IMG/VR virus record: IMGVR_UViG_3300023174_000105
Reading direction: 5' to 3' (one strand)
DNA length: 64,000 nt
DNA from: an uncultured virus (IMG/VR IMGVR_UViG_3300023174_000105)
Lineage: Duplodnaviria > Heunggongvirae > Uroviricota > Caudoviricetes
Part shown: positions 47,001 through 55,137 of the stretch, in pieces
Layout of the letters: each line of letters opens with the position of its first letter
Numbering within the stretch: the first letter of the stretch is position 1
Notes under the pieces: generated by a model
Seen by the model: the letters and a program-made list of their open reading frames with translations, nothing else
Databases searched by the model: none
What the model was told of the DNA's origin: nothing
Translations under genes and position numbers: made by a program

Positions 47001-47420
47001 ACTGTGTTTTATTTATCAAACAATATTTATGTAAACAACAGCGGAACAACTTATGTTGCCTATTGCTGGGCAGAGATCGCAGGATATAGCAAGTTTGGTA
47101 GTTATGTAGGCAATGGTTCCACTGATGGCGCTTTTATATATTGCGGATTTAGACCTGCTTTTATTTTAACAAAAGATATTACTACTGATTCTTTTTGGTG
47201 GGAAATGGTTGATTCTAAAAGGTCGGTATATAACCCATCTAATAAAACTTTATATGCTAATGTTAGTGACGCAGAATATACTTCAGATGGGTATAACAAA
47301 GATTTGTTATCAAATGGATTTAAAGTAAGAGGTGGTAACGGAGGTCAAAATAGTTCTGGAAGTACTTATATTTTTGCAGCCTTTGCAGAATCGCCCCTAA
47401 AATATGCTCGCGCTAGATAA
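44073..47420 (+). CDS. Gly-rich + LamG + SPRY-like adhesin (1115 aa)
   Basis: Gly-rich module; TWTWSGWVKR...WYH.V (LamG); G.WYFE...IGV...G.IWFG.NG.W (SPRY-like); ends AFAESPLKYARAR. Confidence 0.75.
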   Translation: MMPKYSGIWTLGQAAQAIKNQDWAGVPPTVVEYLVVAGGGSSGGSSGSGSACGGGGAGGLLQGFAGIQPNTLYYITVGAGGNGPTPSSYYQVGNNGSNSVFNAASSDASTGQIIAIGGGGGGTGAGGYPGSNGGSGGGGGYVNTSTGGAGIAGQGNAGATGPVGGGGGHAGGGGGAGTIGFIGIENNTGGKGGDGIASDIIGIRTTYAGGGGGAGYYGIGLGGAGGGGAGAKNPYGTLGIAGTPNTGGGGGGSLTASGSNGGSGIVVIRYPGNTQYFTGGTLNYSNGHIVHTFYSSGVLAPTAPRLFATPDYQIQRSIRFNSPDGTIVDRAGGAGGNRQTWTWSGWVKRSKLNTGNNNVPFVFGASDRVSGSAYLQFGRYGSDSDIDCLNFNEQSGGAYNITTEAKFRDMSAWYHIVCAYNTTQSVASDRVKIYVNGVLQTITSGSTYPPQNTNGYVNYSAFPDLIGAYTTSDLNITLNGYMTEINFVDGQQLTPASFGYTEPSTGVWTPLQYTGSYGTRGYYVNFADNSNTTAATLGKDLSGNANNFTPTNFSVTAGVGNDSFVDSPTNYGTDTGAGGEVRGNYCTWSPLANLGLTLTNGNLSNSYTTASWTGTTGTMAMDSGTWYFEYTVSATATYTQIGVIGTGRPLPTGGTQLANGTAYAWLYQTYGQLANNSTYITSGISSATTSDIIMVAVDVSNGKIWFGKNGTWFNSGSPSTGANAAYTNLSGSMIPAIYSYGTESGNINFGQRAFSYTAPSGYKALCTQNLPESGAGKLPGKYFGVANYSADGGNQRPIVTGVDMTTYGGLAWFKSRNVAAISYLIDTVRGLTKYSIPNNNTAEDTYDSGSVVKPYGLDINSGSVAVNQPSQGYNYVMWNWAAGGTAVTNTAGSITSSVSANSAAGFSIVTYTGGAANATVGHGLGNAPKMVIYKARSTTGGWFTYHTSVGPTKELELNSSHAEYPIDLWQNTNPSSTVFYLSNNIYVNNSGTTYVAYCWAEIAGYSKFGSYVGNGSTDGAFIYCGFRPAFILTKDITTDSFWWEMVDSKRSVYNPSNKTLYANVSDAEYTSDGYNKDLLSNGFKVRGGNGGQNSSGSTYIFAAFAESPLKYARAR

Positions 47421-47429
47421 GGAACTAAC

Positions 47430-48065
47430 ATGACTATTGCTCGTAACTTATCGATTTTAGCAGACTACTTAAACTCTGCGGGTACACTAAACACTGGTGG
47501 CGGGGGTACTGCCAGTACCCTTACCGCCACTCAGGGTGGCATAGCATACGGCGACGGCACTAAATTGCTATTTACTACTGCAGGTAGTAGTGGTCAGTAC
47601 CTGCAAAGTAACGGTACCGGTGCTCCTAGTTGGACTACTATTAATGCACTGCCTACACAAACTGGTAATAGTGGCAAGTACTTAACTACAGACGGTACAG
47701 CGGCTAGCTGGGCTACTGTTAACTCACTGCCTACACAAACTGGTAATAATGGCAAGTACTTAACTACTGATGGTACGGCGGCTAGTTGGGCAGTAGTGCC
47801 CACCACCATTATTAGCAGCACAGCGCCTAGCACACCTAGTGCTGGTACTAAGTGGGTTAATACTACTAGTGGTGTAGAGTATACTTACTATGTAGACGTA
47901 GACAGTTCACAGTGGATTGAAACTGGTCCAGTGAGCACAATTAGTGGTTTAAATGTATTACCTGTATACTTAAATTCTGGAACTACTACAAACATAAGTG
48001 TTGCTCAAGGCTATTTTACAGTATTAAGCAACACTGGCAGTTATACTAGCGTAGCAATAACATAA
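47430..48065 (+). CDS. Short fibre/adaptor protein with 25-aa repeats
   Basis: LPTQTGN(S/N)GKYLTTDGTAASW twice; GTKW.NTT.GVEYTYYVD.DSSQWIE module. Confidence 0.7.
   Translation: MTIARNLSILADYLNSAGTLNTGGGGTASTLTATQGGIAYGDGTKLLFTTAGSSGQYLQSNGTGAPSWTTINALPTQTGNSGKYLTTDGTAASWATVNSLPTQTGNNGKYLTTDGTAASWAVVPTTIISSTAPSTPSAGTKWVNTTSGVEYTYYVDVDSSQWIETGPVSTISGLNVLPVYLNSGTTTNISVAQGYFTVLSNTGSYTSVAIT
47647..47791 (+). repeat. 75-bp tandem repeat (2 copies); related pair at ~49557-49703
   Basis: cactgcctacacaaactggtaata(g/a)tggcaagtacttaactac repeated at 75-nt spacing. Confidence 0.85.
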
Positions 48066-48076
48066 TAGGAGTTGCA

Positions 48077-48802
48077 ATGGCAACACGATATCCTTTAGTA
48101 ATTTCTGGAACACAAATTCAGGAATTACAAACCGGCGACACCTTATTAGGCTCTGTTGCAAATATAACTGGTGGCAGTGCTGGTCAATTGCCTTATCAAA
48201 GTGGGGCAAATACTACTGGTTTTACTAGTGCTGGTACTAGCGGTCAGTACCTACAAAGCACAGGTGCTGGTGCACCTACTTGGGCTACGCCTTCTGGCGG
48301 GGCTCTGGTTTTTCTAAGTTCGCAGACGGTGTCTAGCGCAGTAGCCAGCGTGAATTTTAATGGACTAACTGGATACGATAAGTATCGCGTAATAATTCAA
48401 AACGTAGTGGCCAGTACCGCTACAAGTATGTTTATAAGGATTGGAACTGGCAGTTCGCCATCGTACATTAATCCAATATCTTATATGTACATGGCAAACA
48501 ATCAATCCGGTACTGTTAGTAGCGGAGGAAACACGGGTTCTTATGATCGGTGTGATTTGACACAACAGGCTTGGTCTTCCTCTTTGATGGCTGATATTAC
48601 AATTGCTGGTTTTACAAGCGCCTCCCGTGTTTTTGGAGTGGCTCTTAGCCATTACAAATGGGACGGAGGAGGACAACTGAGCCAACAGTTTTCTTCTTTT
48701 AACGCTTCCACAGGATCGGTTTGCACCGCCATCCAATTTATTCCGCAATCTGGGACAATTAACAGCGGTTCGTTTTTTCTTTATGGGATTACGTCATCAT
48801 GA
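48077..48802 (+). CDS. Short fibre protein with variable tip domain
   Basis: G.AGQLPYQSG..TT.F...GTSGQYL.S.G.GAPTW stalk, then a ...SG.F.LYG tip. Confidence 0.7.
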   Translation: MATRYPLVISGTQIQELQTGDTLLGSVANITGGSAGQLPYQSGANTTGFTSAGTSGQYLQSTGAGAPTWATPSGGALVFLSSQTVSSAVASVNFNGLTGYDKYRVIIQNVVASTATSMFIRIGTGSSPSYINPISYMYMANNQSGTVSSGGNTGSYDRCDLTQQAWSSSLMADITIAGFTSASRVFGVALSHYKWDGGGQLSQQFSSFNASTGSVCTAIQFIPQSGTINSGSFFLYGITSS

Positions 48803-49053
48803 GTGAACCAATTTACAAAATGGTAAACGGTGAAGTCATTGAGATCACCGGGGATGAACTAACGATTTATCACGCTGACATTGCCTTTTTCCAAGAAGAA
48901 AAACGTAAAAGCGGCTACATCATCAAACGCCAGTCCGAATACCCACCAATGTCTGACTACTTAGACGGCATAGTTAAAGGTGATCAAACCCAAGTGCAAG
49001 CGTACATTGATGCCTGCTTAGCTGTTAAGGCTAAATATCCTAAAGGTGGGTAA
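48799..49053 (+). CDS. Tail fibre assembly-like chaperone
   Basis: R..EYP....YLD...AVKAKYPK; follows a fibre gene. Confidence 0.65.
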   Translation: MSEPIYKMVNGEVIEITGDELTIYHADIAFFQEEKRKSGYIIKRQSEYPPMSDYLDGIVKGDQTQVQAYIDACLAVKAKYPKGG

Positions 49054-49139
49054 ATATGAATTTTCCCAGTAATCCCACCCTAAATCAGACCTATACCTAC
49101 GCAAACAAAACTTGGCGTTGGAATGGCACTGCCTGGAAC
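49021..49139 (+). repeat. Gene-junction direct repeat, copy 1 (copy 2 at 50377-50496)
   Basis: gctgttaaRgctaaatatcctaaaggtgggtaa..tatgaattttcc...aatcccaccct..atcagacctatac. Confidence 0.85.
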
Positions 49140-49391
49140 ATAGTACCACTAGTACAAGCACCTGCAATTTTTACTAGTTCAATTGCACCTAATTATCCAG
49201 TTAGTGGTACCAAGTGGATTAATACTACAAATGGTGTAGAATACACTTATTATGTGGATGCGGATAGTTCGCAGTGGATTGAACTATCCTATCCCAGTGA
49301 CAATCTATATATCGCATTTGGAAACATAGACGGCGGAACTCCTACCAGTAATTATGGTGGAACCCCTGCAATTATTGGAGGCACGCCATAA
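49056..49391 (+). CDS. Small fibre adaptor protein
   Basis: MNFP.NPTL.QTYTY...TW.W.GT.W N-terminus shared with 50413; second module shared with 47430. Confidence 0.7.
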   Translation: MNFPSNPTLNQTYTYANKTWRWNGTAWNIVPLVQAPAIFTSSIAPNYPVSGTKWINTTNGVEYTYYVDADSSQWIELSYPSDNLYIAFGNIDGGTPTSNYGGTPAIIGGTP

Positions 49392-50137
49392 TGGCTCAAC
49401 AAATTCAATTACGTAATGGCACAGCAGCACAGTGGACTAGTGCTAATCCTACATTGGCAGTTGGTGAGCTGGGTGTAGAAACTGATACTAGTAAATTTAA
49501 AATAGGTACAGGTGCTGCGGCCTGGACTTCATTATCATATGTTGTTGGTATTGGTTCACTACCATCACAAACTAGTAATAGTGGTAAGTACTTGACTACT
49601 GATGGCACAAATACTAGTTGGGGTACTATTAATGCCCTACCCACACAGACTAGTAATAGTGGTAAATACTTGACTACTGACGGTACTTCAGCTAGTTGGG
49701 GTACTGTTAGTGCTGGTAAAGTTTTGCAAGTAGTGCAAGGTACAAAAACCGGCAATGCTTATACAACAAGTGGTTCATTTGTAACGACTAATTTATTTGC
49801 AACTATTACTCCTGCATCTACTTCTAGTAGGATTATGGTTATTGCAACAAGTAGTAATGTTTATAATAATGGTGGTGGTGGACTACAAGTTGCTATTTAC
49901 AGAGGTACTAGTGGAAATGGTAGTGGAACTAACATTGCAACAGTTGGAACATCAGGTGTTGGAGCATTCAGTGGATTTTTAATAGGTGGCACAATTAACT
50001 GGTTAGATTCACCAGCATCAACAAGTGCATTAACTTACACAATTATGAACCTTAGTGTAAATGGGGGCTCATTGGTTGGGTTTCTTGGTGAATTAAGCGG
50101 TACATCATCAATAATTCTTATGGAGATTGCGGCATGA
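49391..50137 (+). CDS. Fibre protein with an Mtd-N/hyaluronidase-like N-terminal domain
   Basis: IQLRNGTAAQW...NP.LA.GE.G.ETDT.KFKIG.G; 25-aa repeats; GKVLQVV...S.I.LMEIAA tip. Confidence 0.75.
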   Translation: MAQQIQLRNGTAAQWTSANPTLAVGELGVETDTSKFKIGTGAAAWTSLSYVVGIGSLPSQTSNSGKYLTTDGTNTSWGTINALPTQTSNSGKYLTTDGTSASWGTVSAGKVLQVVQGTKTGNAYTTSGSFVTTNLFATITPASTSSRIMVIATSSNVYNNGGGGLQVAIYRGTSGNGSGTNIATVGTSGVGAFSGFLIGGTINWLDSPASTSALTYTIMNLSVNGGSLVGFLGELSGTSSIILMEIAA

Positions 50138-50409
50138 ACGTAGAGTTTGCAAAACAACTAATTGCCTTATATCCCGCTGTTGTAAATATAGATGGCAGCA
50201 ATGCTTTTGATGCAACTGGTAATAAGGTTGAATATGACACCTCCTTAGTACAAGCTAAAGTAGATGCTAATTCCTATATCACCAAACGTGCTGCTGAATA
50301 CCCAGCAATTGGTGATCAATTAGACGCACTATTTCATGCTGGTGTGTTTCCCAGTGAAATGGCTGATTTAATTGCGGCTGTTAAAGCTAAATATCCTAAA
50401 GGTGGGTAA
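50134..50409 (+). CDS. Tail fibre assembly-like chaperone
   Basis: Y...RAAEYP.IGDQLDAL...AVKAKYPK; paralogous to 48799. Confidence 0.65.
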   Translation: MNVEFAKQLIALYPAVVNIDGSNAFDATGNKVEYDTSLVQAKVDANSYITKRAAEYPAIGDQLDALFHAGVFPSEMADLIAAVKAKYPKGG

Positions 50410-50412
50410 CCT

Positions 50413-53400
50413 ATGAATTTTCCAGCAAATCCCACCCTCGATCAGACCTATACGTATGGTACCAGAACCTGGAAGTGGGACGGCACTACTTGGAACCTTC
50501 AGCGTGGTGCCACAGCCTTAGCTACTGTGGCTACGACGGGTAGTTTTACAGACTTGGTCAATAAACCTACTACCATTGCTGGTTATGGTATTACAGACGC
50601 TACTGCGGCAATACCCAAAATCACCAGTATTGTGGTTACGGACAGCAGCTATAATAATTTAGACGATACTGCGGTTAGCACTGCTGGTGGTTATATTAAA
50701 ATCTTAGGCACTGGTTTTACTACTGGCAGTCAGGTTTTAATTAATACTACTAGTGCTAGCAGTGTTAGTTTTGTAAACAGCACTGAGCTGCGTGCACAAC
50801 TACCAGCTACTAGTGCAGGTACTTATGTGGTGTATGTAGTGGCTGCGGACGGTTCAGTAGCTATTCGAGTTAATGGCATTACTTTTAGTGCTACACCAAC
50901 TTGGACTACTAGCAGCACATTGCCCGAAAGTCTAGCTAATAATGCTATTAGTATCCAACTTGCAGCTACTAGTAATTCAACAGTAAGTTATTCACTAGCC
51001 AGTGGCAGTACACTGCCTACAGGTTTAAGTTTAAGTAGTAGCGGTGTGTTATCTGGCACTATTACTGGTGTTACTGTAGCCACTACTTATAATTTTACTA
51101 TTAATGCTATAGATCAGGAACTGCAAGATAGCCCACGTGCTTTTAGTATTAGTATAAGTGTGGTAGTACAAATTGCTCGTAGTTTGAGATTTAATAATGC
51201 TGACTCTGCTTATTTAAATCGTACTCCTGGTAGTGCAGGAAACCGTCGCACATGGACATGGAGTGGTTGGGTAAAGCGTGGCTTAATAGATTTAAATTAT
51301 CGTTCTTTCTTTGCAAATGGCACTTCTGTTGATTCCATAATGTTCTGGAACGATACCTCACTTGCAGTCAGAAACTATAATGGATCATCTTATGATGTAA
51401 GAACAACACAATTATTTCGTGACCCGTCTGCTTGGTATCACTTGGTTGTTGCGATGAATACAACACAATCAACAGCAAGTGACCGAATAAAAATTTATGT
51501 AAACGGTGTCCAAGTAACTACTTTTGCAGTCGCAACTTACCCTTCTCAAAATTACGATACTGGGTTTAATACAACAACCGCACAATATCTTGGTTATAAC
51601 GAATACAACTACTTTGATGGCTACATGACCGAAGTAAACTTTGTAGACGGTCAAGCGCTTACACCCGCAAGTTTTGGTGAGGCAGATCCAGATACTGGTG
51701 TATGGCGGCCAAAATATTATACGGGCACTTATGGCACTAATGGATTTTACTTAAACTTTTCCGATAATAGTGCAACTACTGCCACCACCTTAGGCAAAGA
51801 CTATTCTGGTAACAGCAACAATTGGACTCCCAATAACTTTAGTGTTAGTGCAGGTGCGGGCAATGATAGTCTAGTAGACTCGCCTACCAGTTATGGCACA
51901 GACACTGGTGTAGGTGGTGAAGTACGTGGTAATTATTGTACTTGGAACCCACTTGATACAAATACATCAACAGTATTTTTAACTAATGGCAATTTACAGT
52001 CTCAAACTTCTTCTAATAGTTGGGCAAATTCAAGAGGAACATTTGCTCCTACAACAGGAAAATGGTATTTTGAGAGTACTCTTACAAATGCTGCAGATTA
52101 TAGCGAAATAGGCGTAATAGCAATGGGACGAGCAATTCCTGCTAGTTATCCTGGTGGAGAATCATATGCTTGGATTTATGGTAATAATGGATATTTGTAT
52201 AACAGTGGAGGTATAACAGGATTTCCTGGCAGTGGTTTATCAAATGGCGATGTAATGATGATTGCCTATGATAATGATGCAGGAAAAGTATGGTTTGGTA
52301 GAAACGGTACTTGGTATAATAGTGGAAATCCTGCTGCAGGTACTAATGCTTCATTTCCAACGTATACAATAATGCAACCAATTATTGGTATGTGGGGAAG
52401 TACAGCAATAGTAAATACTAACTTTGGTCAACGCCCATTTGCCTATACCGCGCCTAGTGGATTTAAAACACTGTGCTCACAAAATTTACCCACACCCGCA
52501 ATAGGTGCAACTAGTACTACACAGGCTAATAAGTATTTTAATGCTGTAACATATACTGGTAATGGTAGTACACAATCGGTAACAGGTGTTGAATTTCAAC
52601 CTGATTTAGTGTGGACTAAATCTAGATCTGCAAGCGGATTTAATATTTTACGAGATAGTATTAGAGGATCTGGAGTACGTTTAATAAGTGATGCTAGTTA
52701 TAGCGAACTAGATGACGCTACTTATGGAACATTTACATCTGATGGATTTAATCTTGGATCTAACACTAATATTAATACTAGTGGAACTACATATGTTGCT
52801 TGGAACTGGAAAGCTGGTAATAGTACTGTAACTAATACTGCTGGATCACTTACAAGTCAAGTTCGTGCAAACACTACTGCCGGATTTAGTATTGTAAGTT
52901 ATAGTGCAGGAGCTACTAATGCTACAGTAGGTCATGGTTTAGGTGTTGCGCCTGCTATGATAATTGTTAAATGTAGAACTAATGCTAGCGCACCTTGGGT
53001 TATATATCATAAATTATTGTCTAATCAAAAAGATTATACTTTAGTTTTTGGTACGGATGCTCAAATTAATATAGGTAATTATTGGGGTACTAGCGGTCCT
53101 AATAGCACAACTTTTGGAACGTCTTATAACGGTTATGCAAATAATATAGAGAATTTAATTGCATATTGTTGGGCCGAAATAGAAGGTTATAGTAGATTTG
53201 GCAGTTATGTAGGCAATGGTAGTGCGGACGGACCTTTTGTGTATTGCGGGTTTAGACCTCGTTGGGTTATGATCAAAGCAATAAGTTCAACTTCTGATTG
53301 GTGGATTACTGATACTGCAAGAAATCCCAATAATGTTACTAATTATGGATTAAGAGCAAATACAAGTGGGTATGAAGTAACCGATGTTGGACAAGATATA

Positions 53401-53514
53401 TTATCAAATGGTTTTAAATACAGAAACGATATTGGAGCACCAAATACAAATGGTGTAACCTACATTTTTGCAGCTTTTGCAGAAACACCTTTTAAATACG
53501 CCAGAGCCAGATAA
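50413..53514 (+). CDS. IPT/Ig + LamG + SPRY-like adhesin (1033 aa)
   Basis: IPT/TIG-like I.GTGF...V.FVNSTEL, Ig-like LPTGLSLSSSG.LSGT; C-terminal ~780 aa paralogous to 44073..47420. Confidence 0.75.
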   Translation: MNFPANPTLDQTYTYGTRTWKWDGTTWNLQRGATALATVATTGSFTDLVNKPTTIAGYGITDATAAIPKITSIVVTDSSYNNLDDTAVSTAGGYIKILGTGFTTGSQVLINTTSASSVSFVNSTELRAQLPATSAGTYVVYVVAADGSVAIRVNGITFSATPTWTTSSTLPESLANNAISIQLAATSNSTVSYSLASGSTLPTGLSLSSSGVLSGTITGVTVATTYNFTINAIDQELQDSPRAFSISISVVVQIARSLRFNNADSAYLNRTPGSAGNRRTWTWSGWVKRGLIDLNYRSFFANGTSVDSIMFWNDTSLAVRNYNGSSYDVRTTQLFRDPSAWYHLVVAMNTTQSTASDRIKIYVNGVQVTTFAVATYPSQNYDTGFNTTTAQYLGYNEYNYFDGYMTEVNFVDGQALTPASFGEADPDTGVWRPKYYTGTYGTNGFYLNFSDNSATTATTLGKDYSGNSNNWTPNNFSVSAGAGNDSLVDSPTSYGTDTGVGGEVRGNYCTWNPLDTNTSTVFLTNGNLQSQTSSNSWANSRGTFAPTTGKWYFESTLTNAADYSEIGVIAMGRAIPASYPGGESYAWIYGNNGYLYNSGGITGFPGSGLSNGDVMMIAYDNDAGKVWFGRNGTWYNSGNPAAGTNASFPTYTIMQPIIGMWGSTAIVNTNFGQRPFAYTAPSGFKTLCSQNLPTPAIGATSTTQANKYFNAVTYTGNGSTQSVTGVEFQPDLVWTKSRSASGFNILRDSIRGSGVRLISDASYSELDDATYGTFTSDGFNLGSNTNINTSGTTYVAWNWKAGNSTVTNTAGSLTSQVRANTTAGFSIVSYSAGATNATVGHGLGVAPAMIIVKCRTNASAPWVIYHKLLSNQKDYTLVFGTDAQINIGNYWGTSGPNSTTFGTSYNGYANNIENLIAYCWAEIEGYSRFGSYVGNGSADGPFVYCGFRPRWVMIKAISSTSDWWITDTARNPNNVTNYGLRANTSGYEVTDVGQDILSNGFKYRNDIGAPNTNGVTYIFAAFAETPFKYARAR

Positions 53515-53876
53515 TGTTAAACGACATAAAAATAATTATTACTATTGCCATAGTTATAGGCCTAGGCGTATTAGGTATGTTTGCCTATAACAAAGTCTAC
53601 AATCGTGGTTATGAGCAGGCACACTTAGAGTGTGTGGAAGCCAAGCAAAAATATGAACAGGAGCTGCAAGATAAAATTACGCAGTTAGAGAGTAGTTTAA
53701 CTAATACTCAACAATCGGCTAATAAAAAGCAACAACGATTAAATCGTCAAATTGTAACAATTACTGAACAATTAAAAACTGAGCCGGTTACTATTGTAAA
53801 AAACGGTGAGTGTTTACCATCACCCAGTTTTGTAGATAGTATCAGCGAGGCAATTATGCGAGCCAACGAAAAATGA
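53514..53876 (+). CDS. i-spanin (Rz-like)
   Basis: N-terminal TM, periplasmic coiled coil, C-terminal Cys; precedes a lipoprotein gene. Confidence 0.75.
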   Translation: MLNDIKIIITIAIVIGLGVLGMFAYNKVYNRGYEQAHLECVEAKQKYEQELQDKITQLESSLTNTQQSANKKQQRLNRQIVTITEQLKTEPVTIVKNGECLPSPSFVDSISEAIMRANEK

Positions 53877-54166
53877 AAATCAATACAATATTCAGCTTTT
53901 GCCTTGTTGCCGCGCTTACTGGATGCGGAATTTTTTCCAAAAAATCAACTGAAACACCAGTAGTCGCGGCAACACAAAAACGTGTGGTAGTAGAACCTGA
54001 GTTATTAACGGGCTGTGAACTACTACCACCACTAACTAAAAATCCTACATATGACGACATAGCCCAGCACTATATTCAAGTTATTGGTCTATACGGCACG
54101 TGTGCACTTAAACAAGCGGCTGGCATTGAAGCTATTCGCAAACTTTCCAATTTGGACAAACCATGA
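53873..54166 (+). CDS. o-spanin (Rz1-like lipoprotein)
   Basis: Lipobox LTGC; Pro- and Cys-containing mature part. Confidence 0.75.
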   Translation: MKINTIFSFCLVAALTGCGIFSKKSTETPVVAATQKRVVVEPELLTGCELLPPLTKNPTYDDIAQHYIQVIGLYGTCALKQAAGIEAIRKLSNLDKP

Positions 54167-54582
54167 AAGAACACCTACGCTTCCGCAACGTCTTTATGAT
54201 TGGCGGTACCATTATTGTTATGCTGTATCTTTTTATCAGCGACCCTAATGGCGGTAACATGACTATCCCATTCTTAGCTAAACTAGCCACGCCCATTGTA
54301 GCTGTATGGTTTGCACATCTTGCACGCCGTGCCTTATTTGACTACGCAGACATGGAACAGTTAATGAAAAAAGCACGTGAAACCGCCACTGGCGCAGGCT
54401 TAACTTTTTTAGGACTTTGCCTAATTATCTACGGTTTGCTCTCACTATTCGGCTCACAGGTATATGCACAACCAGTCAGTACTTATATTCCCCAGCAGGC
54501 ACAAGAACACCTAAGCACAGTTCAAGTAGAAAAAGATAAGCTTTGGGCCACACACCCAAAGCTGCATACCTTGGTAGTTTAA
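54163..54582 (+). CDS. Three-TM membrane protein (holin-like); N-terminal part of a frameshift fusion with the endolysin
   Basis: Three hydrophobic helices and a VYA-Q signal-peptidase-like site; slippery C-CCA-AAG at 54555-54561. Confidence 0.7.
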   Translation: MKEHLRFRNVFMIGGTIIVMLYLFISDPNGGNMTIPFLAKLATPIVAVWFAHLARRALFDYADMEQLMKKARETATGAGLTFLGLCLIIYGLLSLFGSQVYAQPVSTYIPQQAQEHLSTVQVEKDKLWATHPKLHTLVV

Positions 54583-55118
54583 TAGAGCTCGAATCCTGCA
54601 TACACTTAAAGCATCCACGTTGTTGGAATCCTAAGTCTAGACTTAAGAGTGCTCGTGAAGAAGGTGCAGGACTTGGACAGATTACCCGGGCGTTTAAAGC
54701 AGATGGTACCATTAGGTTTGATGCTCTATCAGAACTAAAACATAAGTATCCTAGAGAATTAGCAGAATTGTCGTGGCAAGTAGTTTATGACCGACCAGAT
54801 CTACAAATCCGTACATTAGCCCTAATGATGCGAGATAACTACCAGTATTTTAATAAATATGTAAAAGATCCTTATCACGCATATGCTTTTGCAGATGCTG
54901 CCTACAACGGCGGAGTGGGCGGTGTAGATCATGAACGCAGAGCTTGTAAATTAGCTACGTGGTGTGATCCTAATCAGTGGTTTGATAATGTGGAGAAACT
55001 TTGTTTAAAATCCAAGGCGGCACTTTATGGTAATCGTAGTGCTTGTGATATTAACCGTGAACATGTAAGTAATGTAATTAACACACGCAGTGAAAAGTAC
55101 GCAAAGTATCTTCATTAA
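54555..55118 (+). CDS. Endolysin catalytic domain (lysozyme-like / lytic transglycosylase), in the -1 frame
   Basis: IELES (catalytic Glu), GLGQIT and AAYNGG motifs; no convincing independent start. Confidence 0.8.
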   Translation, partial: PKAAYLGSLIELESCIHLKHPRCWNPKSRLKSAREEGAGLGQITRAFKADGTIRFDALSELKHKYPRELAELSWQVVYDRPDLQIRTLALMMRDNYQYFNKYVKDPYHAYAFADAAYNGGVGGVDHERRACKLATWCDPNQWFDNVEKLCLKSKAALYGNRSACDINREHVSNVINTRSEKYAKYLH

Positions 55119-55137
55119 CCTATTGCAAGGTTTGTAT

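Noticed and set aside
37704..53514. Diversity-generating retroelement (Mtd-N domain and near-duplicate segments)
   Set aside because: No reverse transcriptase in the window; differences between repeat copies are not adenine-specific, and both copies are coding.
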